DNA of 61,175 nt, the filler included, from Circinaria calcarea (lineage: Eukaryota): assembly GCA_051942165.1 (NCBI GenBank). It is 17 parts of 17 records of this genome, joined end to end, with 100 filler letters (N's around TTAATTAATTAA, not from the genome) between each part and the next. Parts side by side here need not be neighbours in the genome. Positions count along the whole stretch, not along the records: positions 1 to 3,516 come from JAVECS010002780.1; positions 3,617 to 7,131 come from JAVECS010002781.1; positions 7,232 to 10,744 come from JAVECS010002782.1; 14 more parts are not named here. One strand, written 5' to 3'. Below are positions 1-10,089 of this stretch, piece after piece. How positions within the stretch are numbered: the stretch's first letter is position 1; each line of letters starts with the position of its first letter. Made by a program: the position numbers and the translations under genes. The notes beneath the pieces were generated by a model. The model saw nothing but the letters and a program-made list of their open reading frames with translations. It made no database searches and was not told the DNA's origin.

Positions 1-1019
1 CGCTGTCGTTTTGGCTTAGCAATGACCTCTTTTATCGGACTACTCTCAACCTGCCCCGTAATTTGCCGCATCTTGTACAAGTTGCCGTCTGCATTAAAAA
101 TAATCTCTGTCGGCTCCACTGTTTCTGAGGTCATTCTCATCTGCTCCAGGATCGAGCCATCTTTCTTCTGGTTACGTCGACGTTTTGCATCTGGACTGGC
201 GGAATCGAACATATCCATACCCGGCCAGAGAACACCCTTAAGCTTCAAGGACTCGGGAATACCTTGCTCCTCATCTTCAAGCCGTTCTTCGTGTTCAAAT
301 TCCTCAAGATCAGTGTTGTCAATGCTGCTGCCGTTTTGCGGAGATTTAATGCTGACGTGGGATCGAGGGGGGTGCTCGAATAGCACCGATGGATCCGGAT
401 ATACCGGTCTTGGTACCTTGCCTACGACGGATCGTCCTTCCTCTATGTTGTCACTACCCTCTCGAAGCTGCTGGTTATATCCATCGTATTGACTTCCTAG
501 CTTTGTAGTTGTAGGCTGTTGCTTGCCTACACCGTTTGACGTCCGACTGCTCATCCGTGGAACGAAGGAACGGTGCATAGAGGCAAGATCGAGAGGGGAA
601 AAGCCTGCGGCGTGGGAAGAGTGATTGGGTAGGAAGATGTCTCGTGAAAGTTGTGGGTCTATTACAATCTCTTCCTTGACTTGAAGTTGAGATGGTTTCG
701 AAGTGACTCGCCCGGCAGCACTGGCAAACCTAGACGGAGCAGACGGGCGACTATTAGCACCTCGGTTCCTGGTTTTGGCAGCTTTCGCATCCTTTTCGAT
801 CATGCGCAGGGACAGTAGCTTCTCGATTCGATTATCCTCGTACCATTGATCATAGATATCCAATTGATACCGAACAGATGGCTCTTGCCGGCTCCGTACT
901 TGGGCCTTGAAGTAGTGTGACAGATGGCCTTTGGAGCCGACATGGGTTAACAAATGGGATATATCGCTAAAGGTTGGATTCTTAGGACAGATGTTGCAAT
1001 GAAGGGGAAAGGAGGGCAT
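1..1019 (-). CDS. Conserved Pezizomycotina hypothetical protein with N-terminal C2H2-like zinc finger (3' truncated)
   Basis: Manual translation from ATG 1019: MPSFPLHCNICPKNPTFSDISHLLTHVGSKGHLSHYFK..., later LKGVLWPGMDMFDSASPDAKRRRNQKKDGS. The frame runs off the window start, so it is absent from the ORF track. An upstream exon is possible (ctttcag just 5' of the ATG). Confidence 0.8.
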   Translation of the reverse strand, partial: MPSFPLHCNICPKNPTFSDISHLLTHVGSKGHLSHYFKAQVRSRQEPSVRYQLDIYDQWYEDNRIEKLLSLRMIEKDAKAAKTRNRGANSRPSAPSRFASAAGRVTSKPSQLQVKEEIVIDPQLSRDIFLPNHSSHAAGFSPLDLASMHRSFVPRMSSRTSNGVGKQQPTTTKLGSQYDGYNQQLREGSDNIEEGRSVVGKVPRPVYPDPSVLFEHPPRSHVSIKSPQNGSSIDNTDLEEFEHEERLEDEEQGIPESLKLKGVLWPGMDMFDSASPDAKRRRNQKKDGSILEQMRMTSETVEPTEIIFNADGNLYKMRQITGQVESSPIKEVIAKPKRQ

Positions 1020-1784
1020 CGTCGTTGGTGCTGAAAGGAGCGTAATCGATTGAAAGCAACAGAGGAAATGACTGGAGCGATCGAGAGCAACGCTTCTTGC
1101 TGAAGCAGATTCAAGCTACAAGCAAACGTTCTTCCCCGCAGTGAGGGTAGGGGGAGAGAGACAGGTACGGAAGAATAAAAGGCGAGAGCGGCTTTACAGA
1201 GATGGCGGAGGAGGCTGACGAAGTAAGAAGAAGGAAGGAGGAAGGGAAAGATAATGGGGCTTGCCGGGGAAAAGCGTCCTTTCCCCGTTGGTCAGTGCCC
1301 TAAGGCGCTTCCACGAAATCGCATGGGGAGCCGATGCCACTCACTTCTGACCTTATCGGACTGTTCCCGGTCCCTAAGATACATATGTACCTTGCTCAGT
1401 CAACTTACCCATGCAACGTCCGTGAGGAATTATCAACAAAGGACAAAGGGAATTGGTAGGGAGACAGGTCGGCGGGGGGCTATACGAGATGGATTGGAAA
1501 TCTCTTCTTCACTCTCTAGAAGGTTTATCTAGGCTCATCAATGCGGGATCATGCGGGTGCTTGGGAAAGTATTCGTACATGTACCTTAAAAATCATATGC
1601 CCAACGTGAAGCAAATCGTTGGTTACATGAGATCTTAGGCCATACAGATAGTCTGCTCTCGCCCTGTATCCCATGTCCCATGGTGTAAGATGATATGGGT
1701 TATCAGATGGCGGGAGTGGGTCAACGGTTCATAGGTTCACAGACAAATATTTCGAATTACCCAATCTCATAGTCAATGTCGTTT

Positions 1785-3008
1785 TCATCGCTTGCCGAGT
1801 GCCTCTTGTGTAGTTCTGGTGGGCATGCAGCTATGGCCATGTCAGCCGTGTCACGCAGAGTTCTGCGGATGAACACACTAAACTGGGTCTACTTCTTCAA
1901 GGCCCGGGTACCCCAGAAGACTTAGACCGGCAATGCCAAACAAGGTATGGAAGACATCGACCATGTCCCCCGGCCTGTCGGCGATCCCGCCTTCCTTTGG
2001 GTCCTACTCTCAAAGTCAGTGATCGTCTCCTTCGTCTGATGGGAAGATCTGACCTGACACTCCAAGATGAATTTCGTCAACTTATCGCCATCTATCCAGT
2101 GGAGCCTGCGGATCATAGCAAGGCTGCTAAGCACCCACCAGCTGTAGCAAACGTCCTCCAGCTTCTCCGGTCTTCCGTTGAGCCCGCCACTCTTCAATTG
2201 TCTCTCGCTGAGCCAGCCAGCCAGCCGGTCTCTGTTAACGAGGTCCAGTCTCCCAGCAATAGCCAGAGCACCCACACAGGTGAACACTTGCCCAGCGTGT
2301 GACTCGGCACCAGGGCTTACTCCGTATCCACCATCGAAATTAGCGCAGGACTGGATGTGCGCAACCGCTTTAGGTATATCGATGAGGTACGTAAGGCGCA
2401 GCAAAGACAGGGCATTCAGAGCCCCGTACAGAAAGCGAGTATCTGTCTCTCCCCACTCATCGCCCGCGAATGTGCCCGTTTCTCGATCTTGTAGACTGGC
2501 AATAACTTTCGGAGTCAACAGGGGACGATGATGGAGCCCGCAGGGCAGTACTAACACTCGCCGACCCGCGTCTTCCCTCCTTGACCACGCAGATCAAGCT
2601 CATCTACGGCCGCTATCGTCACTAGGATCTGCACCGCACTCACGGTATAGAGCATGTGGGGGTCATGCCCCGGAGCAGCACCGAAACCCCCTGTCTGATG
2701 CTGACACGAGAGTACAAAACCTATAGTCTCCTCTCGTGGCAGGGCATCCGGACGACCAAGCAAATGCAGAGCGGTAAGGCCCCAGTACAGTCCGTTCAGT
2801 CGTAAATGTTCGGTCAGCCAGTATTCGAGTTCGTCTCGCCTCTATCGGGTAGTGAGCACTGCAAATGACTCGACCTGCACCAAACGATTGAGCGTACAGT
2901 GTCGAGACTCTGTATATACCGTACATGCTGCTCCCCTTGCAACTTGAGTTCCTCCGGCAGCTCCTCGCCCGCAGCACCGCCTCTCCCCGGACCTGATACC
3001 AGCGACAT
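1785..3008 (-). CDS. BET2: Rab geranylgeranyltransferase (type II) beta subunit, copy 1; 5 exons
   Basis: Spliced reading: ...[22 protein letters not shown]...[16 protein letters not shown]...[13 protein letters not shown]...[12 protein letters not shown]...[18 protein letters not shown]...[16 protein letters not shown]...CMP. These are prenyltransferase repeats. Introns at about 2897-2842, 2557-2510, 2056-2006 and 1880-1832. Confidence 0.95.
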
Positions 3009-3476
3009 GGAGGCTTCGACGGATACTTCTATCTCCCTACATGTATGTAGCGTGGCTGACTCCCGGCGGAAAGATGCATGCCAAGGCTTTGGTTGGGGCA
3101 AGGCTGTACCTTTACTGCCGCTGGTCGACACTGTCAGCCAGTTAGATAGGAGCAAATAACGGATCTACAAAGCTCCGATGGCACGTGCAATCGCTTGGGT
3201 GGCTAGATCCAGATCAGCTAGTTTCAGGACGATCAAACCCTTGTCTTCGCACGGAAGGAAGAGGCTAAAGACGGTCGGCCGAATGAGATGGGGTGCCTGC
3301 ATAAGCTCGTCGCTGTCGTAATCCCCCAGCTCATCGGCCAAGGACCGGGGCATGGAATGGACAGTAGCAAGTAGCAATCCGTACAGAGTAGTCGCTGGCA
3401 ATAAGGAAGACCCAAAGCTGCTAAACGGCGCCCAAAGCCAGAAATTAATAATCTGGTATCGAACCCAATACGTCCC

Positions 3477-3516
<40 letters not shown>

Positions 3517-3616
3517 NNNNNNNNNNNNNNNNNNNNNNNNNNNNNNNNNNNNNNNNNNNNTTAATTAATTAANNNNNNNNNNNNNNNNNNNNNNNNNNNN
3601 NNNNNNNNNNNNNNNN
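3517..3616. other. Artificial contig-joining spacer (44 N + TTAATTAATTAA + 44 N); first of 16 identical spacers
   Basis: The same 100-bp pattern starts at 3517, 7132, 10745, 14357, 17969, 21577, 25182, 28784, 32385, 35986, 39585, 43184, 46783, 50382, 53980 and 57578. The 12-mer puts stops in all six frames. Confidence 0.98.
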
Positions 3617-4138
3617 GGTGGGCATGGAGCGTTGACGATGGTACGTCTTCTGAAATTACAGGGAAAGGGGAGAAGCTGAAATGAACGGGCCGTCGAAATA
3701 GTTTTTGAAGAATCCCGGAAAATACAAGTCCGTGTCGGCATTCGCACCCATTGCAAACCCAATAAACTGCCCGTGGGGACAAAAGGCATTCCGAGGCTAC
3801 TTTGGGGAAGACCAGCAGGAGAAGTGGAAAGAGCACGATGCAACTGAGCTGGTGAAGAAGTACAAGGGTCCCCTGGATTTGCTGATTGACATTGTACGTC
3901 TCGCGTGTGCTGGTGCAAAACGCAAACAATATGTTAACGACCTTGGCAGGGAACATCGGACAATTTTTACAAGCAGGGTCAATTGTTACCAGAGAACTTT
4001 GTCAAAGCAGCGAAGGAGGCAGGCAACGATAAAGATTTGACAATTAGATATCAGCCGGACCATGATCATAGCTACTTCACAATATCAACCTTTGCGGATG
4101 ATCATGTAGAGCATGCTGCAAAGCATCTCTTCGAGTAG
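3617..4138 (+). CDS. S-formylglutathione hydrolase / esterase D, 3' part (5' truncated)
   Basis: GGHGALT (tail of the GHSMGGHG motif), intron, [29 protein letters not shown], intron, [17 protein letters not shown]...[24 protein letters not shown]. Stop TAG at 4136-4138. Confidence 0.93.
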
Positions 4139-4794
4139 CAAGCTTTCAATAGGGGGAAGATCATGGATATGAGCTTATCAGACCTAAAACTAACCCTAAG
4201 AAGCGGCAAATGCTATAATATAATGTATGTACTATTTGAATAAATATGGGATTCAATGAACTGTGTATATATCGACAAAAGCTCACTATATTGGACTAAA
4301 AAATATCCAAGGAACTCCCTCTAAACCGAGAGGAAGCTTCTCCCAGGCGACCTTCCACCCCTACTCTCGTCTGTTGAACCAGCGCTAAAGTTCTCTCTTT
4401 CCTATTGCACCCTTTTTTCCCTGTCCAATTTTTTTTTTCTTTTTTCCTGTCCACCAAACATGAACTTTCTGGCGCCAAGAGGTAATTTACCAAACACAAA
4501 GAAAGACCTTTGCCCAAAGACATCTTTCCAACCGACTTTTCGATCAGCCCAGCATGAACGAGTGTAAAAGCAGGGGACGAAAAGGCCTCCCCCGTGCATA
4601 CCTCTGGAACAAACCAGCACCGGGGGAGAAAGACCTACCCGCTTCTCCGACCTCCACACCACCATCTTCGGCGGTCTCCCTCGGCCTCCTCCCTCGACTC
4701 TGAATCCGACCGCTTACAGCCCCCGGACTGGGTAAACTACATTCTCCTCTTCGGCCCACCCGCTCCCCGTCCAACTACTCGACCAGCCGGAAAT

Positions 4795-4888
4795 TCATTC
4801 TCATTCTCATTCTCATTCTCATTCTCATTCTCATTCTCATTCTCATTCTCATTCTCATTCTCATTCTCATTCTCATTCTCATTCTCAT
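4795..4888. repeat. (TCATTC)n hexanucleotide microsatellite, about 15 units
   Basis: Perfect tandem run, directly visible. Confidence 0.97.
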
Positions 4889-5082
4889 GCCACTGCACTG
4901 CACATTTTTAGCTTTTTCCCCGGCCTCAGAGAGAGCTGAGGAGAAAAAGGAACAATGACAAAAATTGAATTACTATAAGAAAATGACGGGAGCGAGGACG
5001 AGGGCGAGGGCGAGGGCGAGGAGAGGTGGAGATGAGGTATGTGGCCGATAAAAAAATAACAATTTACTAAACCATTTTTCCA

Positions 5083-5364
5083 GCTCTACAGGCTGCTTCT
5101 TCTAAAGAGCTCGATAAGATTATAGAGATGCTCCTAGCTTGTGGCGCAACTGTTAAGGCGCCGAGCAGATGCTATAGACCCGATGGTGATGCTCTGCAGG
5201 CTTCTTCTTCAGGAGGGCACGATAAGATCGTCGAGATGCTCCTAGCTAAGGGCGCAAATACTAACGCGCGGAGCAGACGCTATAGCACTGCTCGACAGGC
5301 TGCTTCTTCAGGAGGGCACGATAATCTTCAGGAGGGCACGATAAGATCGTCGAGATATTTCTAG
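5083..5364 (+). pseudogene. Degenerate ankyrin-repeat fragment (fungal NLR-type ANK repeats)
   Basis: ALQAASSKELDKIIEMLLACGA / ALQASSSGGHDKIVEMLLAKGANTNA / ARQAASSGGHD match the ALQAASxGGHxxIVxxLLxxGA ankyrin consensus. A 20-bp tandem duplication (tcttcaggagggcacgataa, ~5305-5344) shifts the frame. No NACHT/NB domain is present. Confidence 0.8.
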
Positions 5365-5666
5365 AGGGCCAGTACACGCACGGTCGTAGGCTAGGGGACT
5401 ATAATAACCTTTTCACGGTCAGAACTTCTATATAACACGTCTGCCTATTCTGCGCAACCGCAAAGGTTCGATATTCCTCCCTGGGAATCTTGCAGTTATA
5501 TTAGTGCAGCCCGTTTCTCTCGCGCTATAACGTAGAGAGATTCGAGTGTCTGTTCTGGTCTCGTGTAGATCTGGGTAGCAAGACAATGTCTTCTCAAATC
5601 TCATTAGATGCTTCGAATACAGCATAGTATATCCGTAATGCGTGTGTGCCGATTCCCAGTCAGAGC

Positions 5667-6441
5667 CTAAGGCCTGCGAGCCAAAGCAATGCAGCTAAAA
5701 CGAAGGCTCTCTCCTCCTTCATCCGCGTTCAACTTGATGATCCTCTTGATGCCTATGTCAAGCGCTCGCGGACTGAGAACGTCCTCGTCGTCAGCAAGAC
5801 TTCCTCTCTCCAGAGGACCCTTCCTCGACCCTTCAAGCTCCCAGAGCTTCCCACCGCTCTTGACAAAACTCACAAAATGCCCACCATCACGCTCACTCGT
5901 CGGATCCGCATAGCTGTCGCCGGCCTGCTCGACCGACTTGTGAGCAAGTTCGAATGGCTCGCTGTTGTACAGCATTTCGGCGCGTTTGGTCATATCCAGC
6001 GGTATGGCGAGGCTTCGTATTGCCGCGAGATCGGAATCACGCTTGATAAAGTCGACGGCCGGACCGTTGATCAAGCTATGGAGCAGACCGATCGAGCCGC
6101 AGGCGTGGCCGATGGTCTGCTTGAACCAGATGACCGGCTCGTCAGGGCCGGAGCCAGTGTAGGGTTCTTTGTTAGCGTCTTCGGCCTTGCGACTTTGATC
6201 CCAAGCTGGTGTAAGTGGAATGATAACCAGCAGAGCCAGGGCGGGTCGAGGGATATGTGCGAGTTGTTCGGGTTCATCCAGGGAATAGACGTCGTAGAAT
6301 TGGAGCTCGGACGATAGACCCAACTTCGTTGCCAATTGACTCATTACATCGGGGTTATTCTCTGCCATTTGTTATTCAAAGATAAGTAGTCCATGAGGGC
6401 TTAGGTCCCTTACCAAGCATTACCCATGTCTTTTTTTCCAT
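5667..6441 (-). CDS. Ubiquitin C-terminal hydrolase (peptidase C12, UCH-L3/Yuh1-like); 2 exons
   Basis: MEKKTWVML, intron 6413-6362, ENNPDVM...FYDVYSLD...FKQTIGHACGSIGLLH...GHFVSFV...LWELEGSRKGP...FSCIAL. Catalytic Cys and His are present. The exact start is uncertain. Confidence 0.9.
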
Positions 6442-9400
6442 TTTGGGGAATCAATAGATGGAGGACGTCGAAAAGTCAGAAGTGTTGGCAGGAAGGAGAT
6501 GGTGTAGAGATTGCAGGATCTGATTCTTAGAGCTATCACCAAACAGGGCGCCCGACAGTAACTGTGAGATGATTAAAAACTATTATTGCGGGAAGCTAAA
6601 TATCGTGATATAAGTGGAGAGTCGTACTATGGAGTGTATATCTTGATACGTTATTTGTAAGGATCCTCTATGAATAATATAGTGATCTTACGAATAAGGG
6701 TCGGTAAACTATGTGATAATGTGCTCAATTGGTTCGTATCAGCGTGTGAATTATTGCTAAAGAGTTCTCGTGTAACGCTTCGCGAGGAAAACCTTTCTCG
6801 CTAAGCCAACACCTTGTGACCTCGGTGTATAGTTCCCCCATAGGGTTCGTAAGGGTTCTCGGGTAGAGCCTTCATATTTTTATAGGAAAATAATCCTCAG
6901 TCGACTTTCTTTGCACCCTGACGAACCCGGGCCGGCACCGAAAAAGGGAAAAAAAGTAGAAGTAAAAGCCAAGTACAAAACCAGGCACCTCCCGCCGCAA
7001 GCCGGGAGCTAAATGCCCTTCTTCTTCTCCCTCCTCACCCATCTCAATCCCACCCTCTCCGGATGCAACATCTCGACCAGCAACACCATTCCACTATCCT
7101 GAATCATACTCTTGATTCTACCCCGCGCGGCNNNNNNNNNNNNNNNNNNNNNNNNNNNNNNNNNNNNNNNNNNNNTTAATTAATTAANNNNNNNNNNNNN
7201 NNNNNNNNNNNNNNNNNNNNNNNNNNNNNNNAAAGGAGGGGGAATTTACCCCGGCCGTGAGCGCATAACCCGGCCGTGACTGGATATTCCTAGAGAAATT
7301 CGACCAAAATCTAAAGGTGATTTTCCACCTTCGCAGGCAGGGGGGGGGGGGAAGCAAATTATCAAGGTTACCCTCTTTTCGTTACTGATGAGCTTCTTCC
7401 GCCGGAAGGGAATGGATGGCAGATAATTTGTGCGACTCCAGAGATGAAGATTTATTAGGTTAGAAAGTTAACGCTACCATCTAAAGCTGAACCATCGACG
7501 AATAAGAACAGCGGATATGAAATTGGAACTTGTGCTCCGTGCATATCTGGTTATTATTAGCTTTTTCGCCCTTTACCGAGGTTATGATGATAACCGACGT
7601 CAGGCGATGAGCAGGTCGCATCTATACATTGTGTACCTCCATCTACCAACGCCTTTCCTTTCCTTTTCGAATTCTCTGCAGGACTAATAGTAGTACCCTT
7701 CATACCTAAACACCCAATCTTTCCTGGGCTTAATTCTCCTAGCTAGTCCTTTAAAAAAAAAACTTAGGGTAAAGACTCCATGTCGGGGCTTTTCGAGACG
7801 CATTATTTGTTTTTTTAAATAACAAGAGATATATATAATACCTGTAAATATACAGCCTATGATAGGTAAAAACAACTCTCAATAGAATATAGGCTCCCTG
7901 CTATCATTCGTATCTGTTTTTTTCCCGGTATATAGAAACCACCCCTAACCTACCACCAAAAAAACCAAAAGATAGCCCCGTGTCCTCTCTGTGCAAGCAA
8001 CTCTCGTGGACGTTATGGTATAGCTCTCGTTTTCGGGTTCTCGGTTCTACAGTAACGTTACCATACTATAATAACGCCCATTTGTTGTGTCTTGGGTACT
8101 TGGGGAACTTTGGATGAGGTATCTTAGCAAGCTTTGGCAGCAGCGCTCCCATACCATACCATACAAAAACTGGTTAACTGGGCCGTTCGAGAACTCCCCG
8201 CTTTTATGATCAAGCGGAGCCTTTCCTTTGTTACTTACTCTGAAGCGGGGTTGGTTTGGTTTGGTTTTAACCTCAACCGGTACGATAATAAACTGTGGAC
8301 ATCCAAAAGTTTTCCAAGGGAAATAATAAATTCCCTAACCACGAAGTTTGGTAGATAGATAACTCAACACTATGGAAGTCTTGGATTATTATTACATTCT
8401 TGATTACCGAACCCGCTTCTGCGCCCCAATACCCCTGCCCTGAGGCCCCTGCCCTGAGCCGGTTAATAATAGCCACCTACTTGTACCTGCAAAGAATGCG
8501 TCTTGGGTAGTGGGGTAGTTAAGGTGGTACCCGTAGTCTGAAGCGATGCGTGCGCTTCGTTTTGCCATTTTTGTGGGGAATTCTCGATGGTGTGGGGTAA
8601 GGGGAAGGGAAGGCAACAAGGTCGTTCAGATTCTATAGAGTTTTCTATGAAAAAAGTCGGGTGAAACTGTGGGAGAGAGGAGCTTCATGGAGTATGGTAA
8701 GACCTAAGGTCTAGAGAATCAAGAGTGACGGTTTAGGGAGGGGCTTATGATACCCCGGATTTCCCATAAAAAGATGCCGAGAACTCCTGCGAGATTTTCC
8801 TTTGGGGTTATGGTAACTCCGTTTTCCAAATTTCGCGAATCTATCTCTCTCAAAGTACCACATATGGCAAACTACTCCTAACCCAGAAAAGGCATACCTT
8901 ATTGTTTATTTTAAAAAGACCCTATATATGACTTTAGCAGACTATTTGATCAGGTTAAAGTGACAAAAAGCTACCCGGTGATATAGTACTTTTCCGGGCT
9001 GCAGTGGCAACTCATCTCGCTTTACTACGACCGTTATATGTTCGTCTGTCCCGCAAAATCAAGGCGGTTTCGATTCGGTTTCGGAGAAGAAGATTATGTC
9101 TAGCATCATGAAGAAGTCTTGCATTTGTCACTCTGTTGGTTACGACTAAAGCCGACAAGTTCTGTGGTCGGATCTCTGGCACTGTAAGCATGGACGTTTT
9201 GCGGCCGCGACGCTTTTTGCTCTCTTCGGGGTCTCGTGTCCGATTATTTCGTGACAGTCATCCGTCAGACGTGACGGGAAACGTTCGGATTATAGGACGC
9301 AGTGGGAAAGGCTGTCGTCAATGGAAAGAGATAGATAGTGAAAGTAGGGGTAGGTTTTGGATGGAGTTATCGCACAACAAAGAAAGCATTTCGAGGAAGC

Positions 9401-9687
9401 CCAGACCTGATCCTGATAATTGGTCAGGCCTTGGAGAGCATCCCATATTTTCCCCCTTGGCCACAATTTCGGTCATTGGCTCCAAACGTGACTTATGGCC
9501 GTTTGTGGGATCAACGATCCCACCGCCTACGGGTTGGAGCCCATCAAACTCCGTTACAAAAATGGTTCTACTCTTGAGATTGCAGATATCCATAACCCAA
9601 TTTGATAACTATGTGTTATTTCAATTAATTCTGACGTACATAAAATCCCCTTTATTGAATTGAAATTATAACAGCTAATGATTTTTT

Positions 9688-10089
9688 TTAAAGGACCGAT
9701 ACAAGGTTGTTTATCTCCTTTAATAAGGGACGTCGACAACGTTCGCCGCGGAAACATTTTGAGCAGCCAACTTTCTTGATTCTCCCGATCGACCTGTCGA
9801 TCAGCTTCCTTCGTTGGCATTTTAGGCAAAGCCGTTCTCTCCAATATGAGAGGGGGGCGGGCGAACCCATCTTCGAGAACGCGACCCCCCGCCCCGCCCC
9901 CCGGGGGGGTTCGGATATGATTAGTGAGATACTTGGTGGCCCGAGAGGCGGATGAACGGATGGAATTCGAGTTGTTTGCTCGTCTAGCAATCTATGGGGC
10001 TCATGGTCAAGCTCTATGATTTTGGAACTTGACGTCCGATTTTCGTAGACGTGCGAGGGGTGCCCCTCCACCTGCGACAGGGCTCCCAT
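9688..10089 (-). CDS. Hypothetical ORF with CxxC...CxxC...C motif (possible first exon or relic)
   Basis: ATG-initiated 133-aa ORF containing CLKCQRRK...GCSKCFRGERC and ending at a GTATCG donor-like site. Downstream exons could not be resolved. Confidence 0.25.
   Translation of the reverse strand: MGALSQVEGHPSHVYENRTSSSKIIELDHEPHRLLDEQTTRIPSVHPPLGPPSISLIISEPPRGAGRGVAFSKMGSPAPLSYWRERLCLKCQRRKLIDRSIGRIKKVGCSKCFRGERCRRPLLKEINNLVSVL

Noticed and set aside
3165..3401. SLADELGDYDSDELMQAPHL ORF upstream of BET2 (also 37933-38301)
   Set aside because: The two copies differ by frame-breaking indels here, unlike the BET2 coding region, which argues against a functional CDS.
3478..3516. Long poly-C tract (poly-Pro ORF) at the contig end; also 25282-25299
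   Set aside because: The homologous position in the second copy (~38211-38220) has only a short C run. This is most likely a homopolymer or poly-G read artefact at an assembly break.
3561..3572. Regularly spaced TTAATTAATTAA repeats about every 3.6 kb (array-like)
   Set aside because: Always embedded in 44+44 N. It is a synthetic six-frame-stop linker, not a CRISPR or biological repeat.
4594..4911. ORF with (FS)n dipeptide repeat
   Set aside because: A translation of the (TCATTC)n microsatellite, with no coding evidence.
5646..6317. 223-aa plus-strand ORF
   Set aside because: Antisense shadow of the UCH gene, with no motifs of its own.
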